A stretch of DNA of 64,000 bases. Source: Octopus sinensis. Lineage: Eukaryota. This document shows positions 1 through 13,700 of the stretch, piece by piece. How positions within the stretch are numbered: the stretch's first letter is position 1; every line of letters starts with the position of its first letter. The notes beneath the pieces were generated by a model that saw nothing but the letters and a program-made list of their open reading frames with translations, made no database searches and was not told the origin of the DNA. The stretch lies in NCBI RefSeq assembly GCF_006345805.1, contig NC_042998.1, positions 147,498,001-147,562,000 on the forward strand, in the 5' to 3' direction. Position numbers and translations under genes: made by a program.

Positions 1-632
1 ACACACACATACACACACACACACACATACACACACAAACATATATGTATATATCATCATCATCCATCATCCTTTTATGTCTGCTTTCCATGCCAGCATG
101 AGTTAGAGTGGTCATCACCGTCCAAGTCATTTCTTAGTGAAACTGGTTCAGACTGGAACAAGCTGTCTAACCCATACTGGTATGGAAAGCAGACATTATA
201 TACATGTATATATACACATACACATGCATATACATATGCCTATATACAAATATATATCTCTATGTATCTTTACGTTTATCTCTGTCTATCTATCTATACA
301 TACTAATACACATCTACCATTTAATCCAAGTTCTGCTTCTTTATGCAATGATTAGTGTGCATCACAGTGTTCTGTGGTAAATGCAACACGTACACTTACA
401 CACAGACATGCACTCAAATACTCTCCAAGTGTTTGTATTTTCACTTGACTCACATAAATTCCACAACAAATACATCATCACCATTATCATTTTAACATTA
501 ATACACACACGCGCGCACGCATACACACACACACACACACACACATGCACATATATGTGTGTACTAATTGTTTTGAAATACAGACAGCATTTAAGCCTTA
601 ATGTCAAATACCACTTTGTGTAAAACTATAGC

Positions 633-671
<39 letters not shown>

Positions 672-1254
672 TATGTATGTATGTATATATATATATATAT
701 GTGTGTGTATGTATGTATGTATGTATATATGTATATATATAAATGTATGTGTGTGTGTAGAGTGCAAGAAGAATGAAAGAGAGAGGAAACAACATGGTCA
801 AATGGAAACAATACTAGATTGTCAACTCATTGCTTGTGAGTTCAAATTCTCAACAAGTATATATATACACATTTTATTTCTAGGTTAGGAATTCAAAACC
901 ACTTAATGCTGATGTTTATATAAAATGGATATCAGACCTTCTAGTAGCTATTTCCTGCAAGAGAGAAGTATATCTTATTCAGTGAGAGAACACAGCTAAC
1001 TGCCATTCTTTCCTATTGCTCCTAAATCTGCAACACTTTTTACTTACTTTGTTATCATTTTTTTTTCATTTATTATATGCATGAATATGAGTATAACTAT
1101 GTGTATATAAATATATATATACATGTCTACCTGTAACGTGGGGCTTTCATTGCCCCTGTTTTAATAGCCATATTTTGTTTGCCTGTGTATATATATGTGT
1201 GTGTGTGTGTATTATATTATATATAATATATATATTACATATTATATATATAAG

Positions 1255-1410
1255 GGATGGCTGTGTGGTAAGAAGCTTGCTTCCAACTACAAGGTTCCAG
1301 GTTCAGTCCCACTGTGTGGCATCTTGCGTAAGTGTCTTCTGCTATATCTTCAGTCAACCAAAGGTTTGTGAGTGGATTTGGTAGACGGAAACTGAAAGAA
1401 GCTTGTTGTG
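1255..1410 (+). mobile_element. tRNA-derived SINE family A (partial)
   Basis: A-box tggctgtgtggtaag, B-box-like ggttcagtccc, body gtgagtggatttggtagacggaaactgaaagaagc. Other copies ~4950-5110(-), 6478-6795(+), 37845-38205(-), 38900-39090(-), 42420-42600(-), 43440-43812(-), 45345-45720(-), 47960-48110(-), 51530-51885(+), 53120-53250(+), 59085-59280(-). Confidence 0.85.
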
Positions 1411-1483
<73 letters not shown>

Positions 1484-1596
1484 GTATATATATATGTATG
1501 TATGTATATGTATATATTTGTGTGTCTGTGTCTGTGTCTGCGTCTGCAACAAGTAAAAGAATAGAAGAATATATATATATATATATTATATATATA

Positions 1597-1690
<94 letters not shown>

Positions 1691-3940
1691 CTAATTGATG
1701 AGAATATATTCTGTTGTGCCCATAAATTGCAGTCTGCCCTTGAACTGACAAAACAAATACTTGTGTATGTGTGTGTGATATATATATATATATATCTACT
1801 TACACATACATGTCTTATATATATGTGCACACATATATATACGAGTGTGTGTGTTTGTAAATGTATATGTGTGTGTGTGTGTGGGTGGGTGCATGTTTGT
1901 AATGGGATGGCACTCTAAAAACCATTCAAAAACTGCCAGAGAGAGAAACTATAAGAAAATGAAAAAGAAACAGGAATACAAGTGGGTTGCTTTAAATAGC
2001 AACCAACTGGTTTTAAATAGTATAAACACCTCCGCAATATTCATAGTGTGTTATATTTATGCATAAAGGAAGATGGGGAGGGAGAAAAGAGGGCAAGTGA
2101 GGAACTGTAATGCTTTTGAAATAGTCTTAAGGTACCTTTCAGCAACTTGCTTGTACATGAAGCTTGAAATATCATATTTGGCTTGTATATATATAGAGCC
2201 AGTGTGATATATAGATATATATAAATATATATGTAGGGCAAAGGAGAGAGTGAAGTGTTGTGGCATTCATTCCTTTCTCCTGTAACATTAAATCTAAAAA
2301 TATATGTGTGTGCATATGTATGTATATGTATGCTTGCATATATTATATGTCTATTTGTGTGTGTGTGTGTGTATGCCTTAAGTGTATGTATGTATATATG
2401 CATGTATGTATATGTATTCATGTGTATATTATATATGTATGTGTATGCATATATGCCTTATGTGTGTATGTACTCTTATATGGTTCTTTGCATAGCCATG
2501 ACATTTTGAATTTATTGTAGATGCCAATGAGAGAGTGAGATACTGTGGCTTATATCCTTTCCTGAAATGACTCTAAAATGCTTTTTTTATGACAGTTTAT
2601 CTGACAGCAGTTGTACAATTATTTCACTCTGTTCCATGGTGTTGGTCACCAGTGGATTGTTTCAGCTAACATTTCTTCAGTGCAGAGTGTTGGCTAATCT
2701 TGCTGATCTCTTACATCTTAAACTCTAGTCCTAACCCACAGCTAATTATAGGGCACCATCTCATAAATGTGTCTTGATGTTAAGAATGTCATCAAGTTTT
2801 TGTTGATGGAGATGATAAACAGGTGAAGGTTTAATGATAAAGGTGAGGTGTGTGAGTATTTTTTCTTTTTGTTATAAAAAGGGCAACCGTACGTTGCTAG
2901 AGGTGGGATGTGTGCATCTTTGATATAAGGGGCAAAATATTGATAGAGGTGGGGTGTGTGATTTTTATCTGATTATAAGGGCAAAATAAATATTCATCAC
3001 CATAACATAGGGCAATTTTATATTTCATTCCCACTCCCCACCAAAAATTATATTTTCTAAAAATTTAAATATAAAAATGAAAGTATTTTTTTTCCTTCCT
3101 ACATACTGTGTCTGTTCCCATTGATCCGTTCTTAAATACAGTGACTCCACAAACACACATACCTTGTTTATTAAACTCTCACCTACTTTCTGGAAGGGAG
3201 CAGATCTGTTAGTCAAGAGATTTACCCCACATCATTATATCACTATCTAAACCCCAGTACCATACGCCAAGAACCCAAATAATTGGGTATTAAATCTGCC
3301 CTGGTACAGTAAAATATCTAAATATATCCTAGTCAAACTTACTAATTTCTTCCAACAATTCCACTACATTCAGTGGTATCTTAACCAATTTTTTTTTCTC
3401 TTTTGCCTATATTTTAAAGGGCTGTGTAGTGGCTTTGCAGAACAAGTGTCATTGACCCTAATATTACTGATGTTCTTTTTTGGGGATTTCTTTTCCTTTC
3501 TTGGAGGCCCATCAAGCTCAATGCCATGAGGTATATAGTCAGTCCCTTTGTTTCCCCACTCTCTCCTCAAGTCCATCAATGCCATCCTTGGAATACTATT
3601 ACCACAAACCTATGGCATGGAGATTAACTGGTTCTGACTCTTTGGAATAAACTTAGTTGGTCAGTTTAGATTGAATTCAGTATGTTATTGTGGGACAAGG
3701 ATGTTGTGATTTTCCCCCCCTTTTGCTAGGTACCCAATGCAACACCGGTGACAAGATACAAACCTACCTTTGACCCTCACACTCTTAGGCCATTCCTTTA
3801 CTCACTGTTCAAGAACTTATATGAAAATAAATTCTTCAATGATTCCATTGTGACTAATTTCACTACAACAAAATTGACATCCTTGTCTTACAACTGAGTG
3901 CGATACAACTATAATGTAAAAAAAGGGGAAAAAAATTTCT

Positions 3941-4015
3941 CGAAGCCCAGATTTGAACCAGTGACCTCATATGTCAGTAAGCCAATGACCTTAACCACTA
4001 AGCCACCTTGCAGCC
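3941..4015 (-). pseudogene. Decayed tRNA-like sequence / solitary SINE head
   Basis: TGGCTTAGTGG (A box) and GGTTCAAATC (B box) followed by T-runs; acceptor and anticodon stems pair poorly, so not a functional tRNA. Confidence 0.45.
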
Positions 4016-4254
4016 TTAGTTTCTATTGTTTTTGGTATTGTATTTCTAAATATTTTTATTAATTACATTCTATGTCTAATTGTTGACAATCAAAGTTATG
4101 GATATCTGATACAGTCAAGCAATCATTTCAGTAAATCAGTTAATCAATAATTCAAACACATTTTATTAAATAATGATTAATGTATATATCCCAATACATT
4201 TGCGATTGGATTAAAATTCCAAATTGGCAATTTTAAAAGAATTGTCCGAGTTCT

Positions 4255-4334
4255 TACAACAACAGCAGCAGCAGCAGCAGCAGCAGCAGTAGCAGTAGCA
4301 GTAGCAGTAGTAGTAGTAGTAGTAGTAGTAGTAG
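4255..4334. repeat. Compound (CAG)n/(TAG)n microsatellite
   Basis: Direct reading; source of the poly-Leu ORF 4254-4487. Confidence 0.95.
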
Positions 4335-4775
4335 GTTTGTGAAAAAAGTTGTCAAAGCAACAGTGATTATAGTTATTATCATGATATCAAGTGCAAACAA
4401 CTGTGATGATGGTAATTGTAGTGATAATGTTTGTAAAGTTGTAGTAAAAGAGGCAGCAATTGTTTGTTTGGGCAAGACTTCCAACATAAAGGACTGCTGA
4501 CTTAACTGTTTAGGGGCTACAAATAAGGCCCACCATTATAATAAATTCAGTATATCAGTATATTGGTTTGGTATGGAACCCTTCAAAGAATATTTTATTT
4601 TGGTTTATAGAACTGTAGTTGTTAAACAGTGCAGAGTGACTCATACATGAGTCACAAGCAGTATATATATATTTATATGCAGTTAAGTATATATCTGGTC
4701 ATAGAATGACCATTGGTTTCACATTCATAAAGAGCATAACTTTAAGGACAGCTCATCAGACTCTAATGGTGAAGG

Positions 4776-4819
<44 letters not shown>

Positions 4820-5279
4820 TATAATATATATATATATTATATATATATATATACATATATATAGATATATATATACATATATATATATATACATATATAT
4901 AGATAGATAGATTGATAGATAGATAGATAGATAGATAGATATAAAATGGGCTTCCACACAGCTTCTGTCATCAAATTCACTTCCAAGACATTGGTCTGCT
5001 CAAGGTTGCAGTACTAAACACTTGACCAAGGTGCCATGGCAGATGGACTGAACTTAATTAAAACCATGTGGTTGGGAAGCAAATTTCCTAATCAGATAGG
5101 CAGACTTTCACACAGCAGATATCTATCTATCTATCTATACATATGTACATGTGTGTGTGTGTATAGACACACATACATTCATCTATGTATCAAGATGATA
5201 CATCTCCATGTGGATAGTCTATAACAGGTAACTATCCTATACACACCCTTGTACTTATTTGGTCTTGACTTCTTGCTCT

Positions 5280-5498
5280 TTAACTCTTTATCATTCAAAT
5301 TACTGCCAAATGTAATGCTTATTCATTCACAATGTTTTGAATTAATCATGCATTATTTTATAGTTTTAAGATTTTCATAATGTGACTGTTTATTTGACAG
5401 TGTAGGGTAGGTACGTGAGGCTGAATCTAGCCAGTTTGAATATAAAACCAGTAGACTATTTGTGCTGGATAGGGCTGGTTTAAATACAACACTGTTAA
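5280..5498. mobile_element. piggyBac-like (TTAA-flanked) MITE, decayed
   Basis: TTAA at both ends; homologous to the inverted copy at 37104-37430. Confidence 0.6.
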
Positions 5499-8400
5499 AG
5501 TGAATCTAAGTGTCTTGTCTACAGTCACAATGAAATCTTCACAGCTGTTAAGGCAGGGACATGTTATAACTGTTTCCAAAATTAATCACCCATAATTAAT
5601 GGCTTTACTTATTTAAAAAAAAAATTTAACTTAAGTTCTAAACCAGCCATGGGTTAGTTTTGTAAATTCAGTAAGTTTTTTTTTAAGAACTTCTTAAACT
5701 CTGGCACAAATACTGCATAATAATGTAATTTTTTCCCTCTCTAATTGAAAAATAAAATCCCAAGACATCTTTTTACTGTAGAAAATAGATTTAAAAATTC
5801 ATAGAAACTTTTTAAAAAATAATAATCAGAAAAACGGGTAAAATTAATTTTTTTTTGTATACTTACTAGATCTTTCACATTTTTTAATATTGATAAAACA
5901 AAAATATTAAATTGTATTAGTGATAAATACATTCATAGTATTACATACAGTATTATAGTAATACATTTAGAATGTAATACTATTCCACTCATCACCATGA
6001 CATCATCATCATCATCATTATCATCATCATCATCATCATCATTATCATTATTATTGACAGAATTGTTAGCATGCCAGACAAAATGCTTAGCAGCATTTCA
6101 TCTATTTTCATGCTCTGAGTTCAAATTCCACCGTGGTCGACTTTTATTATTATTATTTGGTAATATTGTTATCGTATATACTCACACACAAATGGCTCAC
6201 AAGACTTCTTCACTGAAATCTGTTCATAAATGGAAACTGTTTTTCTTTTTTCCCTGAAAATAATGGTATGGGCTCCAACTGTAGATTGAAACTAGACTGC
6301 AAGCATACAATACCCAGAAGGTTTAAATATTTTCCATAAATCTTAACAAATCAATAACATTATGGGTTGAGAGGTTTTATTATTTTTATATTTTTAGCAA
6401 TGGTATGACTTCACAAATGCTTAGTTTTCTCTTCTTTTTAATTCATTGCAGTATGGTGAGAATGAGAAATTGTAATAACTGTGTGGTAAGAAGTTAGCTT
6501 CCCAACCATATGGTTCTGAGTTCAGTTCCAATGCGTGGCACCTTGGGCAAGTGTCATCTACTATAGCTTCAGGCCAACCAAAGCCTTGAGAGTGGATTTG
6601 GAAGACAGAAACTGAAAGAAGCCTGTCATATATGCGTGTGTGTGTGTATGTATTTGCATGTGTGTCTGTTTGTCCCCTCTGCCATCACTTGACAACCAGT
6701 GCTGGCATGTCCTGGGGTCGATTTCTTTGACTAAAACCGTTTAAGGTGGTGCTCCAACATGGTCAGTCAAATGACTAAAACAAGTATAAAAATAAAACAT
6801 AAAAATATTAAAGCAATTGAAGGATTTCCATTCAAATTTATATATTCAATTATTCAATTTGTAATTTAAAATTTAATAGACTTGAATTCATTTTTATAAA
6901 CTTGAAATCAAAAGTTCATCAGAAAAAATTATTTTATCAATTAGAATTTCATTTCTGTTTAATTTAGATTCCTTCTCCTTTCTCTCTCTTTCTTTACTAT
7001 CTCAACTACAATGACTTCTGACCCAGTGATTTCTGATGCATGTTGTCCTCTCTTTCTTTCATTCTTTCCCTTCTCTCTCTCACTCTCTTTCTCTTTCTCT
7101 CTCTCTCTCTCTCTCTCACTCACTCTCTCCCTCTCTCTCTCGAATTTGACTTTATCTCAGTTAAATATTTGTGAAACTTCAATGTGAAAGAATTGCAACC
7201 AAAGCTGTGGTCTCTGATTAGAAATTGTGGAATCATGCTAAAGTAATTTTGAAAAATATTTTCTCTCAAATCCTGATACTTATGTTTCTCCAATTGACCA
7301 TGTTTTGCTTTAACTTTTTGTTGACATTATTTTTAATGAATGGCCATAAATGATGCATCATCCACCTCTCCTCCTCCTCATCGATTTGTGTTTGATAATC
7401 TGGTTCCAATGCACACTGATTTGAGCATTTACAGACCTGGATTACCCAACGCATGCAAATAGCCACATGAAATTAATTTCATAATTTCCAGCTTCAATAT
7501 CAAAAATTGTCAAACGCACAAATATTATTGAACACATTCATGTCATTACTTAAGCCTTAATTTTATTTAACAACTCCCTTTGCCTTTAGAAAGATATTGT
7601 TTACACTACAAACAAGAACTGGTGACACACATTCATGTCCCCATTGAACACATACACACACACATACACCAACAAACTTAGAAACACAGAAAGAGACACA
7701 CATACATGCACACATATTTCTCCCAAAATACAGATTATTTCAATTATGAAAAGCACTCTTAAGATATAATAGTCAAAGTAAACTGAATTTTGGAAAGAAA
7801 TTCTGAATAAATTCAGTATTATCTCCCAGAAAATTGCATTAAATTTTAGAGAATTGTTGATTTTGTAGTTTATGAATTAGCTTTTTCTAAATCATATGTG
7901 TGTGTATATATATATATATATATAGCATAAAATGTCAGAATATGAGAGATGAATATATTCACTTAACCACTTGTACATGGATGAATATGATCTGCTTCTT
8001 TTTATTTATTTTTGTGGAAATGCATGCGCACCTACATGCAAGCACACATACACATATCTACACACCAAAGCAATCATATATACATTGAAAAAAGACTAGA
8101 CTTTGATGGATGACATATATATATATATATATATATATTACATATATACATATTTGTGTGTGTGTGTGTATGTGTGTATAAAGTGTATAAAGAAATTTCA
8201 AATTTTGTCTGATGTGTGTATATTTGTGCATGCTTATATATACATATGTATGTTTGTGCGCATGAGCATGCCTACGCACAATTAAACAACAGCTTCAACA
8301 CCACATAGACCATATGTGAAGCAGTGAGTGAAACAGAAGAATGTCTGGTAAAAATGTTCAGCTATTTTCTCTGGTGCTGTGTGTCAATGACAAAAGTTAC

Positions 8401-8741
8401 ATTAACAACAACAACACTATTACAGAAAAAAAACCCTGTGAAACTAAATGCTTTGGCTGTGTCTTGCCAAATAACCTATTCAAATACAAAGTATTTTAAT
8501 TGCCAGTATTAGTTTGGAAATGAAAAAAATCTTCAGATTCCCATGTATTATTATTATTAAATATTTTAACATTTTTTTTTTAAAAAAAGATTTTTTTCTT
8601 GAGGAAAATTACAAAAAATAATAAAAATATTCAAAAAGGAAAATAAAGAAATTCTTAAATTTTAAATGGGTTTGTCTGTCTCTCTTTTGAATTTTAAATT
8701 TTATTTTGTATACATGTTTATTATTATTATTATTATTATTG

Positions 8742-9463
8742 TTTTACTTCTCAGAGTGCTCGGTCTTGTTTGCTCTTGTTGATTTTGTAAGAGCGGACAG
8801 CAACCTGTTGTCAGAGGTCTCACATGGTCTCTTTCTGTACATTATAATGTTTGATAATTGCTTGTTAATTATTGTGGAAAACATTCAACACCCAAGTACT
8901 AGTCTCAAAATCCTAGCTGTCCCCAGCAGTGCAGTTTTTGGGGCTTGTTCTGTTCTCATATCAATTCCAATTTCTGTGACATGTTTCTCAAACTAGATTG
9001 TTAGTCTCCAAGTGCCCCAACAACTACTGGGATGACAGATACTCTCCTCATAGCCCACATTCTTGCAATTTCATCTTTTAGTAGTCTGTACTTTTCCATC
9101 TTTTCTAGTTCTTTGTCACCTATGCGTGCATCCTCAGATATTGCAATATCTATAATCTTGGTTTCCTTTTTTACCTTTATCTACCATAATGATGTCTGGT
9201 CTCTGAGCATAGATTAGGGAATCACATTGGATTGTAAAATCCTACAGTATCTTATATTCATTGTTCTTGGTGACTCCTTCTGGTTCATATTTGTACCATT
9301 TCCATGCTCTGTCCAGGCCATACTTTTCCCATAGTCTCCAGTGCACAAACTTAGTCACATTATTGCGCCTCCTTTTGTAGTGCTTTTGGGCCAACTTGCT
9401 ACAAGTGTTCACAATATGTAAGATTGTTTCGTTTTTTGTACCACACATCCTACAAAGAGGCAA
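8742..9463 (-). mobile_element. R4/Dong-type RLE LINE, 5'-truncated (copy D1)
   Basis: CCHC-type LCRMCGTKNETILHIVNTC plus C-terminal RLE-region remnants; (TAA)n on both sides. Confidence 0.85.
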
Positions 9464-9483
9464 TATTATTATTATTATCATTA

Positions 9484-9968
9484 TTGAGTGAGCGAGCAGT
9501 GCATGCCATCAAAGTGACACTGGGGTAAAATATACGAAGCCCAGTATACCCATCATGACTACCCGTCTGATAAGGGTACACCAGGCACATGCATCACAAC
9601 CATATGTGCGCGACATGATGATCTCATATCAAGATAAACAGCACATGACCTTGCAGGTGGAGCCCAGTTAGAATTTTCTTCAGATCGAGTAACCCATCCC
9701 GCTCAAAAGGTCCCGAATAAGGGTTGTTTAAGGACGTTGAACAAAACACCCATGTTTCCAGAGGTGAATTATTCAAACCCCAAAGAATCCTTCTCAACAC
9801 ATGGCTATGATGCTCCCCCACTACTTCTGCTCGTGATCAGAGATGCACATATCGTCAGCCACTAAGGGACATGCTCAACTGGTTATGGTCAAACAACTGA
9901 CAAGCAAATCTGTGGTATTGAGCAGAATATTTGCTGTAGCCCATCTTTTATACCAAGACAAAACAATG
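9484..9968 (-). mobile_element. ~550 bp non-autonomous (TAA)n-associated element, 5'-truncated
   Basis: Near-identical to 18294-18845; 3' end cactgctcgctcactc(aat)n. Confidence 0.85.
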
Positions 9969-9991
9969 TTTATTATTATTATTATTATTAC

Positions 9992-10027
<36 letters not shown>

Positions 10028-10044
10028 CATTATTATTATTATTA

Positions 10045-10084
<40 letters not shown>

Positions 10085-10119
10085 CATTATTATTATTATT
10101 ATCATTATTATTATTATTA

Positions 10120-10185
<66 letters not shown>

Positions 10186-10190
10186 CATCC
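9969..10190. repeat. (ATT)n microsatellite, ~220 bp
   Basis: Direct reading. Confidence 0.97.
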
Positions 10191-10214
10191 TCATCATGAT
10201 TATTTTCTTTAAAA

Positions 10215-10400
10215 GGGCAGTGAGCTGGCAGAATTGTTAACAGATCTACAAAAATAGTGAGTGGCATTTCATGTTTTTATGTTCTGAGTTCAAATTTTGT
10301 GGAGGTCAACTTTGCCTTTCCTCCTTTTGGAGTGTATAAAATAGGTACCAGTTGCATACAAAGGTTAATGAAATCAACTAGCCTCTTCCCCCATTGTCTT
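10215..10400 (+). mobile_element. tRNA-derived SINE family B
   Basis: gagctggcagaa...gagttcaaatt...ggtcaactttgcctttc. Other copies ~14842-15040(+), 16470-16760 (back-to-back pair), 27420-27560(-), 27879-28297(-), 32310-32510(+), 46510-46690(-), 48493-48689(-), 49300-49620(-), 52128-52300(+), 54830-55010(+), 55570-55780(-), 55840-56040(-). The central ccttcatcctttcggggtcgataaa segment resembles the Meta-SINE domain (from memory, unverified). Confidence 0.85.
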
Positions 10401-10404
10401 CTTA

Positions 10405-10743
10405 AAATTCCATTTCAAAAGGAAGGAAAGAGTTGAGGGATAGTTGCTGCCCACTAGTAAATTTGTTGTAAGGTTGATGACTGAGTGGGCATTCTCTAAC
10501 TGTAGGCTGAGGAATACAAAGAAAAGTAGGGCATTTGGTGGTACTCGTCATGAGGAGTGTTGATAAGGATCTGTGGGGTTCCTTGGTTGCCCCTTGATGA
10601 TGTTTTCCCCTACTGGGGAATTTGTTAGAATTTATTTTTTTTAATTGTTATTGTCTTCTTTTTGTTGTTTACACAATTCTATATAAATCCCCACTGTATT
10701 GTCCTAAATGTTTTGTGACCCTTGTGGCCAATAAGGAAAAAAA
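10405..10743 (+). mobile_element. Tx1/L1-type LINE 3' end (copy T1)
   Basis: Homologous to ~14340-14744; ends ccttgtggccaataaggaaaaaaa. Confidence 0.65.
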
Positions 10744-10744
10744 T

Positions 10745-13700
10745 AGCTGGACGTTTAAAAGGTTCTATACTGTATTTGTTGCTTAAATCGTTTTGTAAGC
10801 CAGCTGCCCTTCTGGGGGTGAGGTGGGTGGGGGGGCTGGCGTTTGTTAATCAAAGCCCCATTTAGTGGGGGGTGATACAAATCTTTTTGTTTTCAAATTT
10901 CTTCGAAAATTTGCCTCGAAGAAAATAAACATTGAAGATGGTGATGAAAAGCAGGAGTGAATAAGGAAGGTGGTGCAGCAATTTGCACCAGGACTTGCCC
11001 GTCCTCCCCACCATGATTTGCAGTAGACAGCAAGAAAAGAAGAAGAAGAAGAAGAAGAAGAAGGAAGAGGAGGAGGAGGAGCAGGAGAAGTGCGAGTCAA
11101 ATGAAGAAAGAAGGCGAGAAGAAGGAAGGAGTAAAGTCTTCCTCACTACATGGAAATTGTAGTAGCACGAAGAACAACATTGAAAGCAACTGTTGCTACG
11201 AAGAGACTAACAAAAAGGGAGTTAGCAGTGGGAAAGAGACTTTTGCAAATATCACGGTAGCTAAGATTTTGGTTAACATCTCATTGGACAACAAAATAGA
11301 AAAACTAAACAAGGCAGCAAAATGTATGAAAATGAATAGAAGGAGGGCAGAATTGACGCCTCTAAACGAGGTGCTTGAAGCAACAGCCAAACGGACAGTT
11401 GTCTACAGGTGCGTGAATACAAAGACAAGGAAACTTGAAAACGCTAAACGCGATCAGGTGGAAAGAGCTTTGAATGACATATGGCAGGACATCCACCACA
11501 TTGCGAGAGCGAGGCAGTATGGCGGAGTAGAGGTCCTTTTTAAGACCGAGGAGCAGGCGATACAGAGCTCAGTGACTACACGTCGCACCGAAGAAATCGC
11601 CTTCTTCCCATCATACATGGGAAGAAGGCCGGTACGAATTACAGTACCAAGTGTCCCACCAGACCTGGATTTATGGTGGATTCTCATCTGTTTTCGTACG
11701 GACGAGGGAAAGGATCTCCTGGATGTTAAAAAATCGAGGAGGGAGAATTGGGGTTGGACTACCTTGGAGGTTCTTTACGTGAATCCAAAGCAGTTGGAGA
11801 AAGTCCCAGACCTGATTTCCCACTCAAACGTAGTGAACGTGGAGGGCAGATAGCCGAGGTGCCACGATTGTGGTTCAAAGGACCACTTACGGTTTTTCTG
11901 CCCACGGAACCAGAAGAGAAGGACAGAAAGAAATGTCCAAACGAAAGTACCACAACCCATGAGTCGACAAAAACAAGAAGAAGAAGAACAACAACAACAG
12001 AGAGGCAGGGGAATAGAAACAGAAATTGAACCCAAGGAGACAAAACAGGCAGTGGAGACAAAAGGTGGCAGTGGAAGTAGCACAAGCAGTAGTGGCGGAA
12101 GCTACAGTAGCAGGAGCAACAACAACATCAACTACAAGAGAACCAGAACAAATAACACCAGAAGAAAACATACAAGACACGGACTCCTCCACGCATCAAA
12201 GTGATGGTGAAGGGGAAGCCCAAAAGGCAAAAAATACATGAAAGAGACACAAAAGGGAGAAATCCAAGAAACGGCAAACACAAACACATTAATGACAACA
12301 CTAACACTACAAGCATCACACCCACCACCACCACCATCACAAACACCCACAACAGGAGGCGCAATGGCCCAATGGTTAAGGTAGCGGACTCGCGGTCGGA
12401 GGATCGCGGTTTCGATTCCCAGACCGGGCGTTGTGTGTGTTTATTGAGCGAAAACACCTAAAGCTTCACGAGGCTCCGGCAGGGGGTGGTGGCGACCCCT
12501 GTTGTACTCTTTCTCTCACTCTTTCTTCCTGTTTCTTGTCCCCGACTTCCTACGCAACCGCTGAGCCTGGATGCGCATTCATCCATCCGTCGATGCTCTC
12601 GGTGTCGGGGGTTGACCTGCTCTCTCTTCTATGGGTCTTACGAATAGCAAAGGACCACGTTGCGGACTTCTCCCAATGGGACGAAGACCGCTTTGCTCAA
12701 CAAACAAACAAACATCCACAACAGAATCAAAAACACAATAAACTTTAAAAAGAAAAATATTACAACAACAACAACCATCCGCGCAGCAGCGGAATTTCGT
12801 GCTAGTGAGACAGGGTGGATCGTCACTATCTGGTGTCTGTCCTTAAAGCTGTCGGTTTCGGTCCCGTCTTCGGAGGCTGGATCACCACTCTGTTGTCAAA
12901 TTGAATGGTCGCCCCCTCAGAACTTTTCAGTATTGAACATTCGGTACGCCAAGGATATCCCCTTTCCCTGTTTTTATATATTTTAGCTTTAGAACCCTTG
13001 CAGCGAAGGATGGAGAATTTGAAGGGTATCCCGTTGGAACTAGGTCACAGGAAAGCTGTGTCTGCATACGCGGACGACGTTACTGTCATGGTGTCGGACT
13101 CTTCGCACATAGAAAAGATAGACACTATACTGGAAGAATGTCAGGAATGCACAGGAGCACTCATAAACCAAGACAAGTCAGTAGATCTGAAACTAGGCTC
13201 TTGGAGCGGCAAGTCGACTAGCTGCGATTTCTGTCGCTGGACGGAGGGTCTGGTGAAAGTGTTAGGAGTCTGGTTCGGACCAGATCTCCTGGCAGATAGG
13301 AACTGGGAAAGAGGTCATGACTTGGGTGGCCAAGCTCACCCAGAAATGGGCAGAAAGGAAGCTGTCTCTGAAAGGCCGGATGGAAGTAGTGAATGCATAT
13401 ATCGCCTTAGTAGTGCACTACTGCCTAGCCGTCGTGCCTTATCCTAAGAAAACTCTGACCAGATTGGAACGTTTGTTTTTCTTATGGAAGGGCCAGGTTC
13501 CGCTGGTCAGAAAATTCACCTGCTGTTTACCCCCACACCGTGGTGGTCTTGGGATACCTTCCTTAATGATGTGGCGCCACGCTTTGAGGCTGTCACACCT
13601 ACAGAATTATCTAAATCACTGCGACGATGTGGACAATGACGACGACGAAAATAAGGGTGAACTTGTGTGGGCGTCTTTCATGCGACATGTCTTTTCGCAG

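Noticed and set aside
2112-2170. Possible 27 nt minus exon (FMYKQVAER)
   Set aside because: Weak donor (gtacct), weak acceptor, no partner exons found
137-2520. Many 60-130 aa ORFs rich in Y/I/C/V/H/T
   Set aside because: Translations of (TA)n, (CA)n and (TATG)n microsatellites; the same applies to ORFs at 4.2-4.9, 9.8-10.3, 23.4-23.9, 30.1-30.6, 39.7-40.1 and 60.8-62.3 kb
3370-3585. 71 aa minus ORF and nearby donor-like ATTA|gtaagt at ~3341
   Set aside because: No polypyrimidine acceptor, and frames break; looks more like a heavily decayed LINE
7266-7466. 66 aa minus ORF (PDYQTQIDEEEERW...)
   Set aside because: No convincing splice sites or homology; treated as non-coding motif cluster instead
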